Source: Thermoplasmatota archaeon
GTDB lineage: Archaea; Thermoplasmatota; SW-10-69-26; JACQPN01; JAJPHT01
Length of the DNA stretch: 64,000 nucleotides
Direction: 5' to 3'
Assembly: GCA_035540375.1 (NCBI GenBank)
Contig: DATLGO010000048.1
Coordinates: 27,772-91,771 of the forward strand
The notes under the pieces were generated by a model that was not told where the DNA came from, ran no database searches, and was given only the letters and a program-made list of their open reading frames with translations. This document shows, piece after piece, positions 38,745 to 48,641 of the stretch. The translations under genes were made by a program, and so were the position numbers. Numbering within the stretch: position 1 is the stretch's first letter; each line of letters begins with the position of its first letter.

Positions 38745-39250
38745 CGCGGATCCTCGGCGTGAGCGGCACGCTCCGGAAGGGCGGGAACACGACCATCCTC
38801 CTCGAGGAGGCCCTCAAGGCCGTCGCGGGCCGCGCGGAGACGGACCTCGTCGCGCTCGCGGACGCGGCGAACGGCGAGCAGCCGCCGAAGGCCGCGCTCG
38901 CGGATCTCGCGCGCCGGTTCGAGGCCGCCGACGCGGTCCTCATTGCGACCCCGAGCCACTTCGGCGCGCCGAGCGCCGCTCTCAAGGCGCTCCTCGACGA
39001 GACGTGGGAGGCCGCGAAGGCGCACCGTCTCGAGGGCAAGCTCGCGGCGGCGCTCGTCGTCGAGGCCGAAACGGGCGGGGAGCTCGCGGCGCAGGCCCTC
39101 GCGCACTGGGCGCACGTCCACCGCATGGATTTCCTCGGCTACGTCGTGGGCCGCGGGCTCAAGGAGCGCGAGGTGCTCTTCGACATCAAGGCCGTGCGCG
39201 GGGCGCGCGGGCTCGCAACTCGGGTCGCGGACCGCCTCGAGAGGCGCTAG
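38741..39250 (+). CDS. NADPH-dependent FMN reductase / flavodoxin-like fold oxidoreductase
   Basis: MTRILGVSGTLRKGGNTTILLEEALKAV...AVLIATPSHFGAPSAALKALLD. The start overlaps the nadE stop (ATGA). Confidence 0.7.
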   Translation: MTRILGVSGTLRKGGNTTILLEEALKAVAGRAETDLVALADAANGEQPPKAALADLARRFEAADAVLIATPSHFGAPSAALKALLDETWEAAKAHRLEGKLAAALVVEAETGGELAAQALAHWAHVHRMDFLGYVVGRGLKEREVLFDIKAVRGARGLATRVADRLERR

Positions 39251-40176
39251 CCTTTCGCGAGGTCCAGCTCGAACTCGCCCCCCGCGCACCGCACGGTGGA
39301 CTTTTCGCGCGCGAGCGCGTGGCCTGAAGGGCATCGGGCCTTGCGGACGAGCTTCTCGACCCACGCGTCCCTGAACGTGGCGTCGTCCGCGGCCGTGCCC
39401 GTGAACGTCTCGATCTTTGCGAGGATCTCCTTCGTCTCGGGCGTGGTCGCAAGCGCGGCAAGCGCGGCGTCGGTGGCAAGCGGCGTCGTCGGCGCCCGGA
39501 GCCGGTTCTGGAAAGCGAAGGCGGCCGCGAGCCCCACGAGGAAGCCCGAGAAGTGGCCCCACCACGCGATGCCGGTCTGGGCGAACATGTAGGCGACGTT
39601 GAAGCCGAGATAGATGAGGAGCACCCCGAAGCTCGGGAACCAGAACACCATGATCCCGAGAAGGATCGGGAGGTTCTTCCTCGGGAAGAGGACGGCGTAC
39701 GTCGTGAGCACGCCGAAGATCGCGCCCGAGGCGCCGACCGCAAGCGAGAACGGCGAAACGATCCGCGGGAGGATCTCGGCCATGCCGAGGTGGCCGAGCG
39801 CGGCCGCGAAGCCCGCCGCGAAGTAGACCACGAAGAACGTCCGCTCGCCCAGACGATCCTCGAGCGCGGCGCCCGCCGTGAGCAGGATGAAGAGGTTTCC
39901 GACGAGGTGGAACGGGTCCGCGTGCACGAACATGTAGGTGAGCGGAGCCCACCAGGTCGCGCCCGAGAGGAAGGCTTCGCTCCTCAATCCGAGCTGGAGC
40001 GTGACGAAGGGGTCCGCAAGCTGCAGCGCGAAGACGGCCATGCTGAGCACCCCGAGGCCATAGGCCTTGGGGAACGCCCGCAGGCGGACGATGACGACGG
40101 TGCCCACGAGGATCAGGGCGAGGCCGGCGATCGCGAGTCCCGTCGGGAGCAGGGCCACGCCCGCGTCATGGCGCAA
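39247..40176 (-). CDS. rhomboid-family intramembrane serine protease with C-terminal zinc-ribbon-like tail
   Basis: AVGASGAIFGVL (GxSG) and FHLVGNLF (His region), with six or more TM helices. C-terminal CPSGH...RCAGG. The probable TTG start is at 40176; the upstream part of the track ORF is Arg/Pro-rich junk. Confidence 0.65.
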   Translation of the reverse strand: MRHDAGVALLPTGLAIAGLALILVGTVVIVRLRAFPKAYGLGVLSMAVFALQLADPFVTLQLGLRSEAFLSGATWWAPLTYMFVHADPFHLVGNLFILLTAGAALEDRLGERTFFVVYFAAGFAAALGHLGMAEILPRIVSPFSLAVGASGAIFGVLTTYAVLFPRKNLPILLGIMVFWFPSFGVLLIYLGFNVAYMFAQTGIAWWGHFSGFLVGLAAAFAFQNRLRAPTTPLATDAALAALATTPETKEILAKIETFTGTAADDATFRDAWVEKLVRKARCPSGHALAREKSTVRCAGGEFELDLAKG

Positions 40177-40531
40177 GCGGCGGAAAAGCCCGTCGGAGCC
40201 CCGCCTCGCGCTCGGCCTCGCGCTTGAGGTCGACGAGGTGCCGCTCCACCCCGGTCGCGAGACGGGCGCGGCGAAGGCGCGCCGCGAGGTTCTCGGCCAG
40301 GTTCGCGGGCGCGAGCGCCACGCCGTGGACGACTTCGGTGCCTTGGGGCGTGGCCCGCAGCACGTACCAGGCCTCGCGTCGGGCGTCGAGCGGCCCGCGC
40401 GGGCCCCCGCCAGGCCCTTCGTACCGCGCGATGCCGGCGCGACGCGCGCCGCGGGCCTCGAGGACGCGGGCGACGGCGTCGGCGGGAGCATCGACGACGA
40501 CCGTGGAGGCCTCGCGGATGAAAACGGGCAT
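40166..40531 (-). CDS. hypothetical protein (121 aa)
   Basis: Internal Met (MPVFIREASTVVVDAP...) of the 40166..40909 ORF; the upstream part is Arg/Gly-rich and implausible. Confidence 0.35.
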   Translation of the reverse strand: MPVFIREASTVVVDAPADAVARVLEARGARRAGIARYEGPGGGPRGPLDARREAWYVLRATPQGTEVVHGVALAPANLAENLAARLRRARLATGVERHLVDLKREAEREAGLRRAFPPLAP

Positions 40532-40557
40532 GCGCGCGCGAGCCCGCGGCGCCCGCA

Positions 40558-41178
40558 TCAATCTTTTCCCTGGCGGGCCCGGAGGGCCGCGACCACGCCG
40601 TCGAAACGGGCGACGTCCAGCACGAGGACCGCGCGCCGGCGCTCGGCGTGCTTCAGGGAACGCTCGGCGATCGCGGACTCGCGGGCGGCCTCCACGGCGG
40701 CGAGGCCCTTGATGCGGCGGAGGGAGCGGTCCCACGCGCGGGCGAAGGCCTCGGGCGTCGAGGCCTCCGGGGGTCGCTTCACCATGCGTCGGACGAGGCG
40801 GCCGTACCTCAGGAGCGACCACGTTCCGACCTCGCTCGTGAAGGTGTCCTCGTACTCCTCCTCGGTGAGGTCGACGGCCTCGACGGGAACGCCCTTCTCC
40901 TTCGCCCACGCGAGGGCGGCCACGAGGTCGGGCGGCGGAAGCGCGACCTCGCCGAATCGTTCGAGCGCGACCGCGTAGGCGGCCTCCGCGTCGGCGAGGG
41001 AGTCCGGGTCGACCTCGCTCGATCCCCGCTCGAGCGCCGCGAGCGACTCGACGCTCAACGCGAGAAGGAGGACGTCGGGCGGCTCGCGTTCGAGGGCGGC
41101 GAGGAGAACTCTCGCCTCGTTCGCGAGCCCGTGGACGCAGCCGAGGACGACGAGGTTGCGGACGCGCTCGGTCTCCAC
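40558..41178 (-). CDS. TraB/GumN-family protein (putative)
   Basis: LVVLGCVHGLANEARVLLAALEREPPDVLLLALSVESL resembles the TraB N-terminal motif (GTAHVS...PDVVAVEL). Confidence 0.4.
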   Translation of the reverse strand: METERVRNLVVLGCVHGLANEARVLLAALEREPPDVLLLALSVESLAALERGSSEVDPDSLADAEAAYAVALERFGEVALPPPDLVAALAWAKEKGVPVEAVDLTEEEYEDTFTSEVGTWSLLRYGRLVRRMVKRPPEASTPEAFARAWDRSLRRIKGLAAVEAARESAIAERSLKHAERRRAVLVLDVARFDGVVAALRARQGKD

Positions 41179-41182
41179 GTCG

Positions 41183-41389
41183 TCACCGGAACTTCTCGAC
41201 CTGGTGGTTCTTCGTCTCGACGGAGACGATCGCGCGGTTCGCGAGCGCGACGACGGCCTCCATCCCGACCTCGGCGGCGACGGCCCCGGGGAACGTCACG
41301 AGGACCGTCAGCTTGCGGCCGTCCACCTTGAAGCTCTGCTCGATCGTGACGGGGCCTTCGAAGCGCTTCGTGGCCTCGGCGTCGGACAT
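41183..41389 (-). CDS. small hypothetical protein (68 aa)
   Basis: ATG start and intergenic spacing consistent with a gene. No family recognised. Confidence 0.3.
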   Translation of the reverse strand: MSDAEATKRFEGPVTIEQSFKVDGRKLTVLVTFPGAVAAEVGMEAVVALANRAIVSVETKNHQVEKFR

Positions 41390-41414
41390 GGGTCCCGGGA
41401 GCCCAAGGGGGGGC

Positions 41415-42188
41415 CTAAAGGCTTCGCCCGCCGCTCGCGGTGACGGCCCTGAGGAGGCTCACGGGGCTCGCCATGCCGACGAGGCGTCCCTCGCCATCGA
41501 CGACAGGCGCGTCGCCCCAGTCCTCGAGGGCCTCGAGGAGGACCCCGCCGGGGGCGCCCGCGCGGACGCCTTCCCACGCGTCCGTCGCGAAGTCGCGCAC
41601 GGGGCCCGAGAGGACGCCGGGGGGGTTGCCCGGCATCGCGCGACCGTCGGCGCGGTCCCGGTTCAACCCGGCCTCGAAGAGCGCGCGGCGTCGCAGGATC
41701 GACCGCACGCGGCCGCGGGCGTCGACCACGGGAAGCGCGTCGACGCTCACCTCGTGGAAGTGGTGGAGCGCCTCGCCCATCGACTGGTCCTCGGCGAGCG
41801 CGGGCACCTCGACGAGGGCGTCCGAGGCCGCGATGCCGTCGACCCCGAGCGCGCGCGCGACGTCGAGGGCGGACACGTAGCCCGCCGCGCGCCGCTGGTC
41901 GCCGACCGGCATGTGGTCGACCGCGTGGTCGGTGAGCGCGCGCGCGACTTCCTCGAGCGTCGCGTCCTCGGCGACGACGCCCGTGCCGATCGCGAGGCGT
42001 TCGAGACGCTCGCGGGCCGGGAGGGCGCTCTTCGTGAGCCTGCGAAGATTGAGGATGCCCCACGGGCGGCCGCGGTCCGCGACGAGGGGTCGGTCTCGGG
42101 CCTCCCCCTTGAGCCACCCCGCAACGCTCGACACGGGCTCGCGCTTGTCCACCAGGGCGAAGTCGGTGCGGATGAGGCCCTCGATCAT
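41415..42188 (-). CDS. CBS-domain protein (tandem CBS pairs)
   Basis: Repeated CBS-like units (DHMPVGDQRRAAGYVSALDVARAL and LPVVDARGRVRSILRRRALFEA). Confidence 0.55.
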   Translation of the reverse strand: MIEGLIRTDFALVDKREPVSSVAGWLKGEARDRPLVADRGRPWGILNLRRLTKSALPARERLERLAIGTGVVAEDATLEEVARALTDHAVDHMPVGDQRRAAGYVSALDVARALGVDGIAASDALVEVPALAEDQSMGEALHHFHEVSVDALPVVDARGRVRSILRRRALFEAGLNRDRADGRAMPGNPPGVLSGPVRDFATDAWEGVRAGAPGGVLLEALEDWGDAPVVDGEGRLVGMASPVSLLRAVTASGGRSL

Positions 42189-42337
42189 GCGTCCCCCTCT
42201 CCCCTGGAGACTCGTCAAGGGTTGTGGCCGCTTCCTGGGAAAGGTTCGGACTCGGAACGCTTATGGCCGACCCCCCGCGATACCGTCGACGTGCACGGCA
42301 CGCCGGAGTCCGTTCCCGGTCGACCGGGGGCGCGCTG

Positions 42338-43627
42338 ATGGAGCCCTCCTTCTGGGTCGGTTTCGCCCTCTCCGTCGGCCTCGGGGGGCTCATCGGGCTC
42401 GAGCGCGAGCATCACGCGGACGCGAGGAAGGAGGTCATCGCGGGCGTCCGTACGTTCCCGCTCGTGTCGCTTTCCGGCTACATGATGGCGGTCGTCGGCA
42501 TCACGGCGGGCGAACCCCTCGTCCTCGCCGCGGGCGTCCTGTTCATCACGCTCCTCGCGATCGCGTTCCTCATCGTGCGCCACCGGCTTGGCGTGACGGG
42601 CCTCACCTCGCCCGTCGCCCTCGTGGTCACGTTCCTCCTCGGCTTCCTCGTCGCGTACAATTTCATCCAGGAGGCGCTCGTCATCGGTGTCGCGACGACC
42701 TTCCTCCTCCTCACGAAGGAGCGCCTCCACGGCTTCGCCTTCGGCCTTGACGACGAGGAGATGCTCGGCGCGCTCCAGTTCATCGCGGTCGCGTTCATCG
42801 CGCTCCCCCTCGCCTCCAACCTTCCCCCGGAGGTCGACGCGCTCCCCTTCGTGGGACGCGGTCAGGTCGTCGACCCCTACCGCATCCTCATCATTGCCGT
42901 GCTCGTCTCCGCCGTCTCGTTCGCGGGGTTCATCGCGATGCGGGCGCTCGGGAACGCGCGTGGCACGGAGGTCATGGGCCTCCTCGGGGGCCTCGTGAAC
43001 TCCGAAGCGACGACCGCGAGCCTCGCGACGACGGTGCGCGACCACCCGGCCCTCGCGGGGGCGGCCGCCACGGCCGTGCTCCTCGCGATCGGCACGATGC
43101 TCGCGCGCATCCTCGTGATCGCGGGCCTCGCGGACCCCACCTTCGGCGTTCTCCTCGCGATGGCCCCCGCGATCATCGCGATGATGCTCGTCGCGGCCAT
43201 CTACGCCTACCTTCGGTGGCGCACGAGCGAGGACGCGGCGCCCGAGGGCCCGATCCGTCTCAAGAACCCGTTCGCCGTCGCGCCCGCGCTGCGCTTCGCG
43301 GCCCTCTTCGCGCTCCTGGCCGGACTTTCGGAGGCGATCGCCCTCCGCTTCGGGGAGGTCGGCGTCTACGTGACGGCCCTCTCCGGTTTCTTCACGGCGG
43401 GGGCGAACGTCGCGAGCCTCGCGACGCTCTACGCGACGGGCAAGATCAGCCTGCAGGTGGCCGCGACGACCGCGATCGCGACCTCCGTCTTCGGGGTCGT
43501 GAACAAGTTCGTCGTGCTCCGCACGATGAGCCTCGACCTCCTGAAGCGCGTCGGGACCGCGCTCGCCGCGACGACGGCCGCGGGCGTCGCCGCCCTTGCG
43601 GCGCTCGTCGTCCTCGGCGTGTTCTGA
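42338..43627 (+). CDS. MgtC/SapB-family membrane protein with DUF4010-like C-terminal domain
   Basis: MEPSFWVGFALSVGLGGLIGLEREHH is the MgtC N-terminal signature, followed by about 10 TM helices. Confidence 0.65.
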   Translation: MEPSFWVGFALSVGLGGLIGLEREHHADARKEVIAGVRTFPLVSLSGYMMAVVGITAGEPLVLAAGVLFITLLAIAFLIVRHRLGVTGLTSPVALVVTFLLGFLVAYNFIQEALVIGVATTFLLLTKERLHGFAFGLDDEEMLGALQFIAVAFIALPLASNLPPEVDALPFVGRGQVVDPYRILIIAVLVSAVSFAGFIAMRALGNARGTEVMGLLGGLVNSEATTASLATTVRDHPALAGAAATAVLLAIGTMLARILVIAGLADPTFGVLLAMAPAIIAMMLVAAIYAYLRWRTSEDAAPEGPIRLKNPFAVAPALRFAALFALLAGLSEAIALRFGEVGVYVTALSGFFTAGANVASLATLYATGKISLQVAATTAIATSVFGVVNKFVVLRTMSLDLLKRVGTALAATTAAGVAALAALVVLGVF

Positions 43628-43630
43628 GCC

Positions 43631-45157
43631 TCAGATCTCGCGGATGTCGTGGAGACGCTGGAGGAGCATGCCCTCGAGCCGCACGGGCGGCGTCTTCTTC
43701 GCGAGGGCGACGGCCTCGCGGAGCTTGTACTCGCTTTCCGCGTAGATGGTGAGAAGGGGCTCGCCCTGGTCAACCTTGTCGCCGCGCTTGTGGTGCACGA
43801 AAAGGCCCGCGCCCTTGTCGCGCGGAGACCCGGTCGCGCGCGCAAGCGCCACGATGGCCTTGTTGTTGATGCCCGCGACGTAGCCGTCGTCGGTCGCGTT
43901 GATCGTCTCCTGGAACTTGCCGACGGGAATGTCGCCCTTCGGGACCTTGCCGCCCTGCGCCTCCACGATCTCCGTGAACTTCGCGAGGGCGCGGCCCGAC
44001 CTCAGGACCTCCTCCGCCCGCGCGTGGCCGAGCCCCCGGCCCACGACGCCGCCCATCTCGAGCGCGATGCCCGCGATTGCGACGGATTTCTCAATGAGCG
44101 AGCGGGGCGCGTGATCGAGACCGCGCAGGGCCGCAAGGGCCTCGTTCGCCTCGAGCGCGCAGCCGATGGTCTTGCCGACGGGCTGGCCGCCGTACGTGAT
44201 CGCGCACTCGACCTCCATGTCGAGGCGGTCGCCGAGCTCCATGAACATGCGGCCGAGCTTCCGCGCGTCGTCGACGGTCGGGAGCTTCGTGCCCTCCCCG
44301 GTGGGAAGGTCCATCACGAGCTTGTTCGCGCCGACAGCCTTCTTCTTCGCCATGACGGAGGCGAGAAGCTGCGCCGGGGGATCGAGCGAAAGCGGATGCT
44401 CGACGCGGATGATGATGTCGTCCGCGGGCGCGAGGTTCACGCCGCCGCCCCAGCACATGACGCCGCCCGTCTTCTTCGTGATGCGGTAGATCTCCTCCGC
44501 GTTCAGGTTCACGGGACCGAAGACCTCCATGACGTCCGCGGTACCGGCGGCGCCCGTGACGGCGCGGCTCGACGTCTTCGGGATGAGCAGCCCCTCGGCC
44601 GCGATGATCGGGACGACGAGGAGCGTGATCTTGTTCCCGGGCACGCCGCCGATCGAGTGCTTGTCGAAGACGACCTCGCCGCCGAAATCGATCGTCTCGC
44701 CGTATTTCACCATGGACCGCGTGAGGTGCTCGATCTCCTCCATGTCCATGTCGTTGATCTCGAGGGCCGTGACCCATGCGGAGAGCTCGACGTCGGAGAG
44801 CGTGCCGTCGACCACGTCGACGATGATCTTGTCGATCTCCTCCTTCGAAAGCTTCGCCTTGTGCATCTTCTTCTTGATCGCGGCGATGGACTGCGGCTTC
44901 TCGGCCGGGTAGAGCCGAAGGACGGCGCCGTCCCCGACGTCGAAGCGCGTCTTGAGCTCGAGGAAGACTCCGACCTCGCCGGGTTGCACGACCGAATCCG
45001 TGGTGTCGACGAGCGCGGTCACGGTCTCGTCGTTCTGGACGCGCACGCGGTCCCCGGGGTGGACCCCGAGCGCCTCGGCGTCCTCCTTGTGCAGGAGAAC
45101 CTGATACTTGCCGAGGTCGATGTCGAAGATGCGCGTCTTGAGCTCTCGTCCCATCAT
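43631..45157 (-). CDS. deoA: AMP phosphorylase (archaeal thymidine-phosphorylase-family DeoA)
   Basis: Archaeal-type N-terminal extension (MMGRELKTRIFDIDLGKYQVLLHKEDAEALG...) plus pyrimidine-nucleoside phosphorylase core (HSIGGVPGNKITLLVVPI, TSSRAVTGAAGTAD). Confidence 0.9.
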   Translation of the reverse strand: MMGRELKTRIFDIDLGKYQVLLHKEDAEALGVHPGDRVRVQNDETVTALVDTTDSVVQPGEVGVFLELKTRFDVGDGAVLRLYPAEKPQSIAAIKKKMHKAKLSKEEIDKIIVDVVDGTLSDVELSAWVTALEINDMDMEEIEHLTRSMVKYGETIDFGGEVVFDKHSIGGVPGNKITLLVVPIIAAEGLLIPKTSSRAVTGAAGTADVMEVFGPVNLNAEEIYRITKKTGGVMCWGGGVNLAPADDIIIRVEHPLSLDPPAQLLASVMAKKKAVGANKLVMDLPTGEGTKLPTVDDARKLGRMFMELGDRLDMEVECAITYGGQPVGKTIGCALEANEALAALRGLDHAPRSLIEKSVAIAGIALEMGGVVGRGLGHARAEEVLRSGRALAKFTEIVEAQGGKVPKGDIPVGKFQETINATDDGYVAGINNKAIVALARATGSPRDKGAGLFVHHKRGDKVDQGEPLLTIYAESEYKLREAVALAKKTPPVRLEGMLLQRLHDIREI

Positions 45158-45760
45158 GTCAGGCGTTCCTCCGCGATTCGGCGTGCTGATCTGGATGCGT
45201 GATGCGGTTCATGGAGAAGTCTCCAAAGGGCGCGCGACGTCCGCGCGCGGTCACGGTTTTCTCGATTGCCATATTCCTGGGTCGTCGAAGGAGATAAACT
45301 TTCCACCAACGGGACTCCGTCGGGCCTCGCTCGCGCCGCTCGGCTCCGGCGGCGCAGGCGGTCCCCCGGGGACCTCCCCGCGCCACGCGGCGTCCTCGAT
45401 CGCCTGCCTCGCGGCGCCCGCGCCCGCGGGAGCGTTGCGCCCGCCGAGCCGGGCGGCGCCGCGCGCGGGGCATCCGTCGGGACCGCGGGGCCCGCGCTCG
45501 CCAGGACCGGTGCCGTCGGCGGCGCCGCGGCGCGCCGCTTGCTGACGGTCGGGGTCGCCGCGGTCATGCCGCCGCGGCGTGGCCGCGGGCGTCCATAAGC
45601 GTGGTGCCTGGGCGGCGCGCGGCAGGGCGGACGACCGCGCGCCCGGGGGCGGATCCACCGGGCCCGGGACCTCGCGCGCCCGGCGGCGCCGTGCGGGCGG
45701 GCCGCGCGAGGCGCAAGGCCCGCGGGGTCGCGGCCCGTCCTTGGGCCAAGGAGCGCAACC

Positions 45761-45768
45761 CTATATAC
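45761..45768 (+). promoter_or_regulatory. archaeal TATA-box candidate (ctatatac) about 36 nt upstream of the PAC2-family ATG
   Basis: It is the only AT-rich octamer in a 640-bp, >75% GC intergenic region. The spacing fits a leaderless or short-leader transcript. Confidence 0.4.
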
Positions 45769-45800
45769 TCTGGGCGGTCTAACCGCCGCCGAGGACGATC

Positions 45801-46553
45801 ATGGACAACGAGCGCGATCTGACGGTCCACGAGTTCCAGGAGGTCGACCTCCGCGGCGCGACGATCATCGACGGGTTCCCGAGCGTCGGCCTCGTGAGCA
45901 CGATCACCGCGAACTACCTCATCGACGTGCTCGAGCTCGAGCAGATCGGGATCATGGATTCGAAGTGGTTCCCGACGGTCTCCATCGTCCGCAATGGCGT
46001 TCCCCTGTACCCCGTGCGCATCTACGCGGGGAAGGGCGTGTGCGTCTTCATCTCCGAGTTCCAGCCGGCCCCCAAGCTCATCCGGCCCATCGCCGAGGCC
46101 ATCATGCAGTTCGCGCTCGCGAAGGGCGCGAAGACCGTCATCTCGCCCGAGGGGCTCGTCATCGATTCCGAAGGCGAGAAGGCGGAGGACGAAGTCGGGG
46201 TCTACGCGCTCGGGTCCACCGAGGAGACGCGGGCGATGCTGCAGAAGCACGGTCTCGAGCAGTTCGGCAACGGCATCATCACGGGCGTCTCGGGCGTCCT
46301 GCTGAACCTCGGGAAGAAGGAGGGCTTCAACGCCATCTCCATCCTCGCCGAAGCGAACCCGAACTACCCCGACGCGCGCGCCGCCGCGAAGGTGATCGAG
46401 GTCATCAACGGCCTCCTCGACCAGGTCGACATCGACGTGAAGCCGCTCTACAGCGAGGCGGAGAATATCGAGCGGACCCTCCGCATGATGCAGAAGCAGG
46501 CCGCCCCCGCCGCCGCGCCGGACCGCGACTCGGTCCCGCCGATGTACGGCTGA
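45801..46553 (+). CDS. proteasome assembly chaperone PAC2-family protein (archaeal)
   Basis: ATIIDGFPSVGLVSTITANYLIDVLELEQIGIMDSKWFP is the PAC2 N-terminal signature. Confidence 0.7.
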   Translation: MDNERDLTVHEFQEVDLRGATIIDGFPSVGLVSTITANYLIDVLELEQIGIMDSKWFPTVSIVRNGVPLYPVRIYAGKGVCVFISEFQPAPKLIRPIAEAIMQFALAKGAKTVISPEGLVIDSEGEKAEDEVGVYALGSTEETRAMLQKHGLEQFGNGIITGVSGVLLNLGKKEGFNAISILAEANPNYPDARAAAKVIEVINGLLDQVDIDVKPLYSEAENIERTLRMMQKQAAPAAAPDRDSVPPMYG

Positions 46554-46593
46554 CCCGGGAGACGCTTAAGCCGCAAGGCTGCGTTCCCGCCGC

Positions 46594-48447
46594 GTGGACT
46601 ACGCGCGCCTCTGCTCGTACTACGACCGGCTCTCCGCGACGCGCGCCCGCCTCGAGCTCACGGGCATCCTCGTCGAGCTCGTGAAGGAGGCCGACGCCGA
46701 GGACCTGCCGCGCATCGTGTACCTCACGCAGGGCAAGCTCTACCCCGATTTCGTCGGCGTCGAGCTCGGACTCGCGGAGAAGCTCGTGATCCGGGCGCTC
46801 GTCTTCGCGACCGGCCACACGGAGGAGGCCGTCGTCGCGGCCTACCACGCGGCGGGCGACCTCGGGGACGCCGCCGAGAAGCTCCTCGGGGGCGAAGTGA
46901 AGGCCGGCAGGAAGACCGCCGCCGCGAAGCGCCAGTCCACGCTCTTCGGATTCTCGGGCCCCGAGGAGGAGACGAGCCGCGAGCCGCTCACCGTCGCGCG
47001 CGCCTACGCGGCCTTCGAATCGATCGCGCAATCGACGGGGCCGGGGTCCCAGGAGCGCAAGCTCGCGACCCTCCAGGATCTCCTTCTCGGAACGGAGCCG
47101 CGCCAGGCGCGATACCTCGTGCGCACCGTCACCGGCAAGCTCCGGCTCGGCATCGCCGACATGACCCTCCTCGACGCCCTCGCGCAGGCCTACGCGACGA
47201 AGGAGGACAAGGCCGCGCTCGAGCGCGCCTACAACGTCTCGAGCGATCTCGGCCTCGTCGCGCGGCGCGTCCGCGAAGGCGGCCTCGACGCCCTCTCGAA
47301 GCTCCAGGTCAGGGTGGGGGTGCCGCTTCGCGCCATGCTCGCCGAGCGCCTTCCGACCGCCGAGGAGATCCTCGCGAAGCTCGGGGGAAAGGCCGCGGTC
47401 GAGTACAAGTACGATGGGCTCCGCGTGCAGGCGCACATCCCGGAATCGGGCCCGATCAGCTTCTTCTCGCGCCGCCTCGAGAACCTCACCGTGCAGTTTC
47501 CCGACGTCGCGCAGGCGCTCAGGGCCTCCATGAGGGGCCGCGAAGCCGTCGTCGAGGGCGAGGTCGTCGCGGTCGACAAGACGACCGGCGAGATGCTGCC
47601 GTTCCAGGAGACGAGCCAGCGCCGCGGGCGGAAGCGCGACCTCGACCAGGTCGTCGAGGACGTGCCGGTCGCGATCTATCTCTTCGACTGTCTCCTCGCG
47701 GACGGCGAGGACCTCACGGGCCGGACGCTTCCCGAGCGCCGCGCCGCGCTCACGCGGCTCTTCCCGGGCGACGAGTCCGTCCGCCTCAGCCACTACCGGG
47801 TCGTCGAAACGAGCGACGAGCTCGTGCGCATCTTCGACGAATCCGTCGCGGACGGCGCGGAAGGCATCATGTGCAAATCGATCGCCGAGGACTCGACCTA
47901 CCGCGCGGGCGCCCGCGGCTGGCAGTGGATCAAGTTCAAGCGCGACTACCGGGCCGAGCTTTCCGACAGCCTCGACCTCGTGGTCGTCGGGGCCTTCACG
48001 GGCCGGGGTCGCCGCAAGGGGTGGCACGGCGCGCTCCTCATGGCCGCCTACAATCGCGAGGAGGACGTCTTCGAGACGGTGTGCAAGCTCGGCACCGGCT
48101 TCGACGACGCGACGCTCGCCGCCCTCGTCGAGGAGCTCGCCCCCACGACCGTCGAAGCGCGGCATCCCCGCGTGCGCTCCCGCCTCGCGGCCGACACGTG
48201 GTTCGTCCCCACGCTCGTCGCGGAGGTGCGCGGCGCGGAGCTCACCCTCTCGCCCATCCACACCGCGCTCGCGGACGTCCTGAAGAGCGGGTCGGGGGTC
48301 GCCGTCCGCTTCCCGCGCTTCACGGGGACCTGGCGGCGCGACAAGGCCCCCGAGGACGCGACCTCCACGGCCGAGGTTCTCGCCATGTACCAGGGGCAGC
48401 GTCGGGGGGCCGCCGAGGACGCCCCCGGGGAAGGCACAGACATATAA
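46594..48447 (+). CDS. lig: ATP-dependent DNA ligase
   Basis: AVEYKYDGLRVQAHI contains motif I KxDG. The adenylation and OB domains are in conserved order, with an archaeal/eukaryotic-type N-terminal DNA-binding domain. Confidence 0.93.
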   Translation: MDYARLCSYYDRLSATRARLELTGILVELVKEADAEDLPRIVYLTQGKLYPDFVGVELGLAEKLVIRALVFATGHTEEAVVAAYHAAGDLGDAAEKLLGGEVKAGRKTAAAKRQSTLFGFSGPEEETSREPLTVARAYAAFESIAQSTGPGSQERKLATLQDLLLGTEPRQARYLVRTVTGKLRLGIADMTLLDALAQAYATKEDKAALERAYNVSSDLGLVARRVREGGLDALSKLQVRVGVPLRAMLAERLPTAEEILAKLGGKAAVEYKYDGLRVQAHIPESGPISFFSRRLENLTVQFPDVAQALRASMRGREAVVEGEVVAVDKTTGEMLPFQETSQRRGRKRDLDQVVEDVPVAIYLFDCLLADGEDLTGRTLPERRAALTRLFPGDESVRLSHYRVVETSDELVRIFDESVADGAEGIMCKSIAEDSTYRAGARGWQWIKFKRDYRAELSDSLDLVVVGAFTGRGRRKGWHGALLMAAYNREEDVFETVCKLGTGFDDATLAALVEELAPTTVEARHPRVRSRLAADTWFVPTLVAEVRGAELTLSPIHTALADVLKSGSGVAVRFPRFTGTWRRDKAPEDATSTAEVLAMYQGQRRGAAEDAPGEGTDI

Positions 48448-48641
48448 ACCCACCCGGCCACGGGAAGCCCGTTGCCGCCTGTCGCGGAGACGCGCCCCAG
48501 CTTCGGATCGGTCCATCCAATCGTGAGAAAAGCTCAGGAGGCCCGACGAATTTCCGGGAGCCACGGCCAGCCTAGCTCGGGTCAGTCAGGACCCCCTCTC
48601 CACAGTGCACCCTCTCCCGCCCCCGTGGAGGCAACGCCCGC

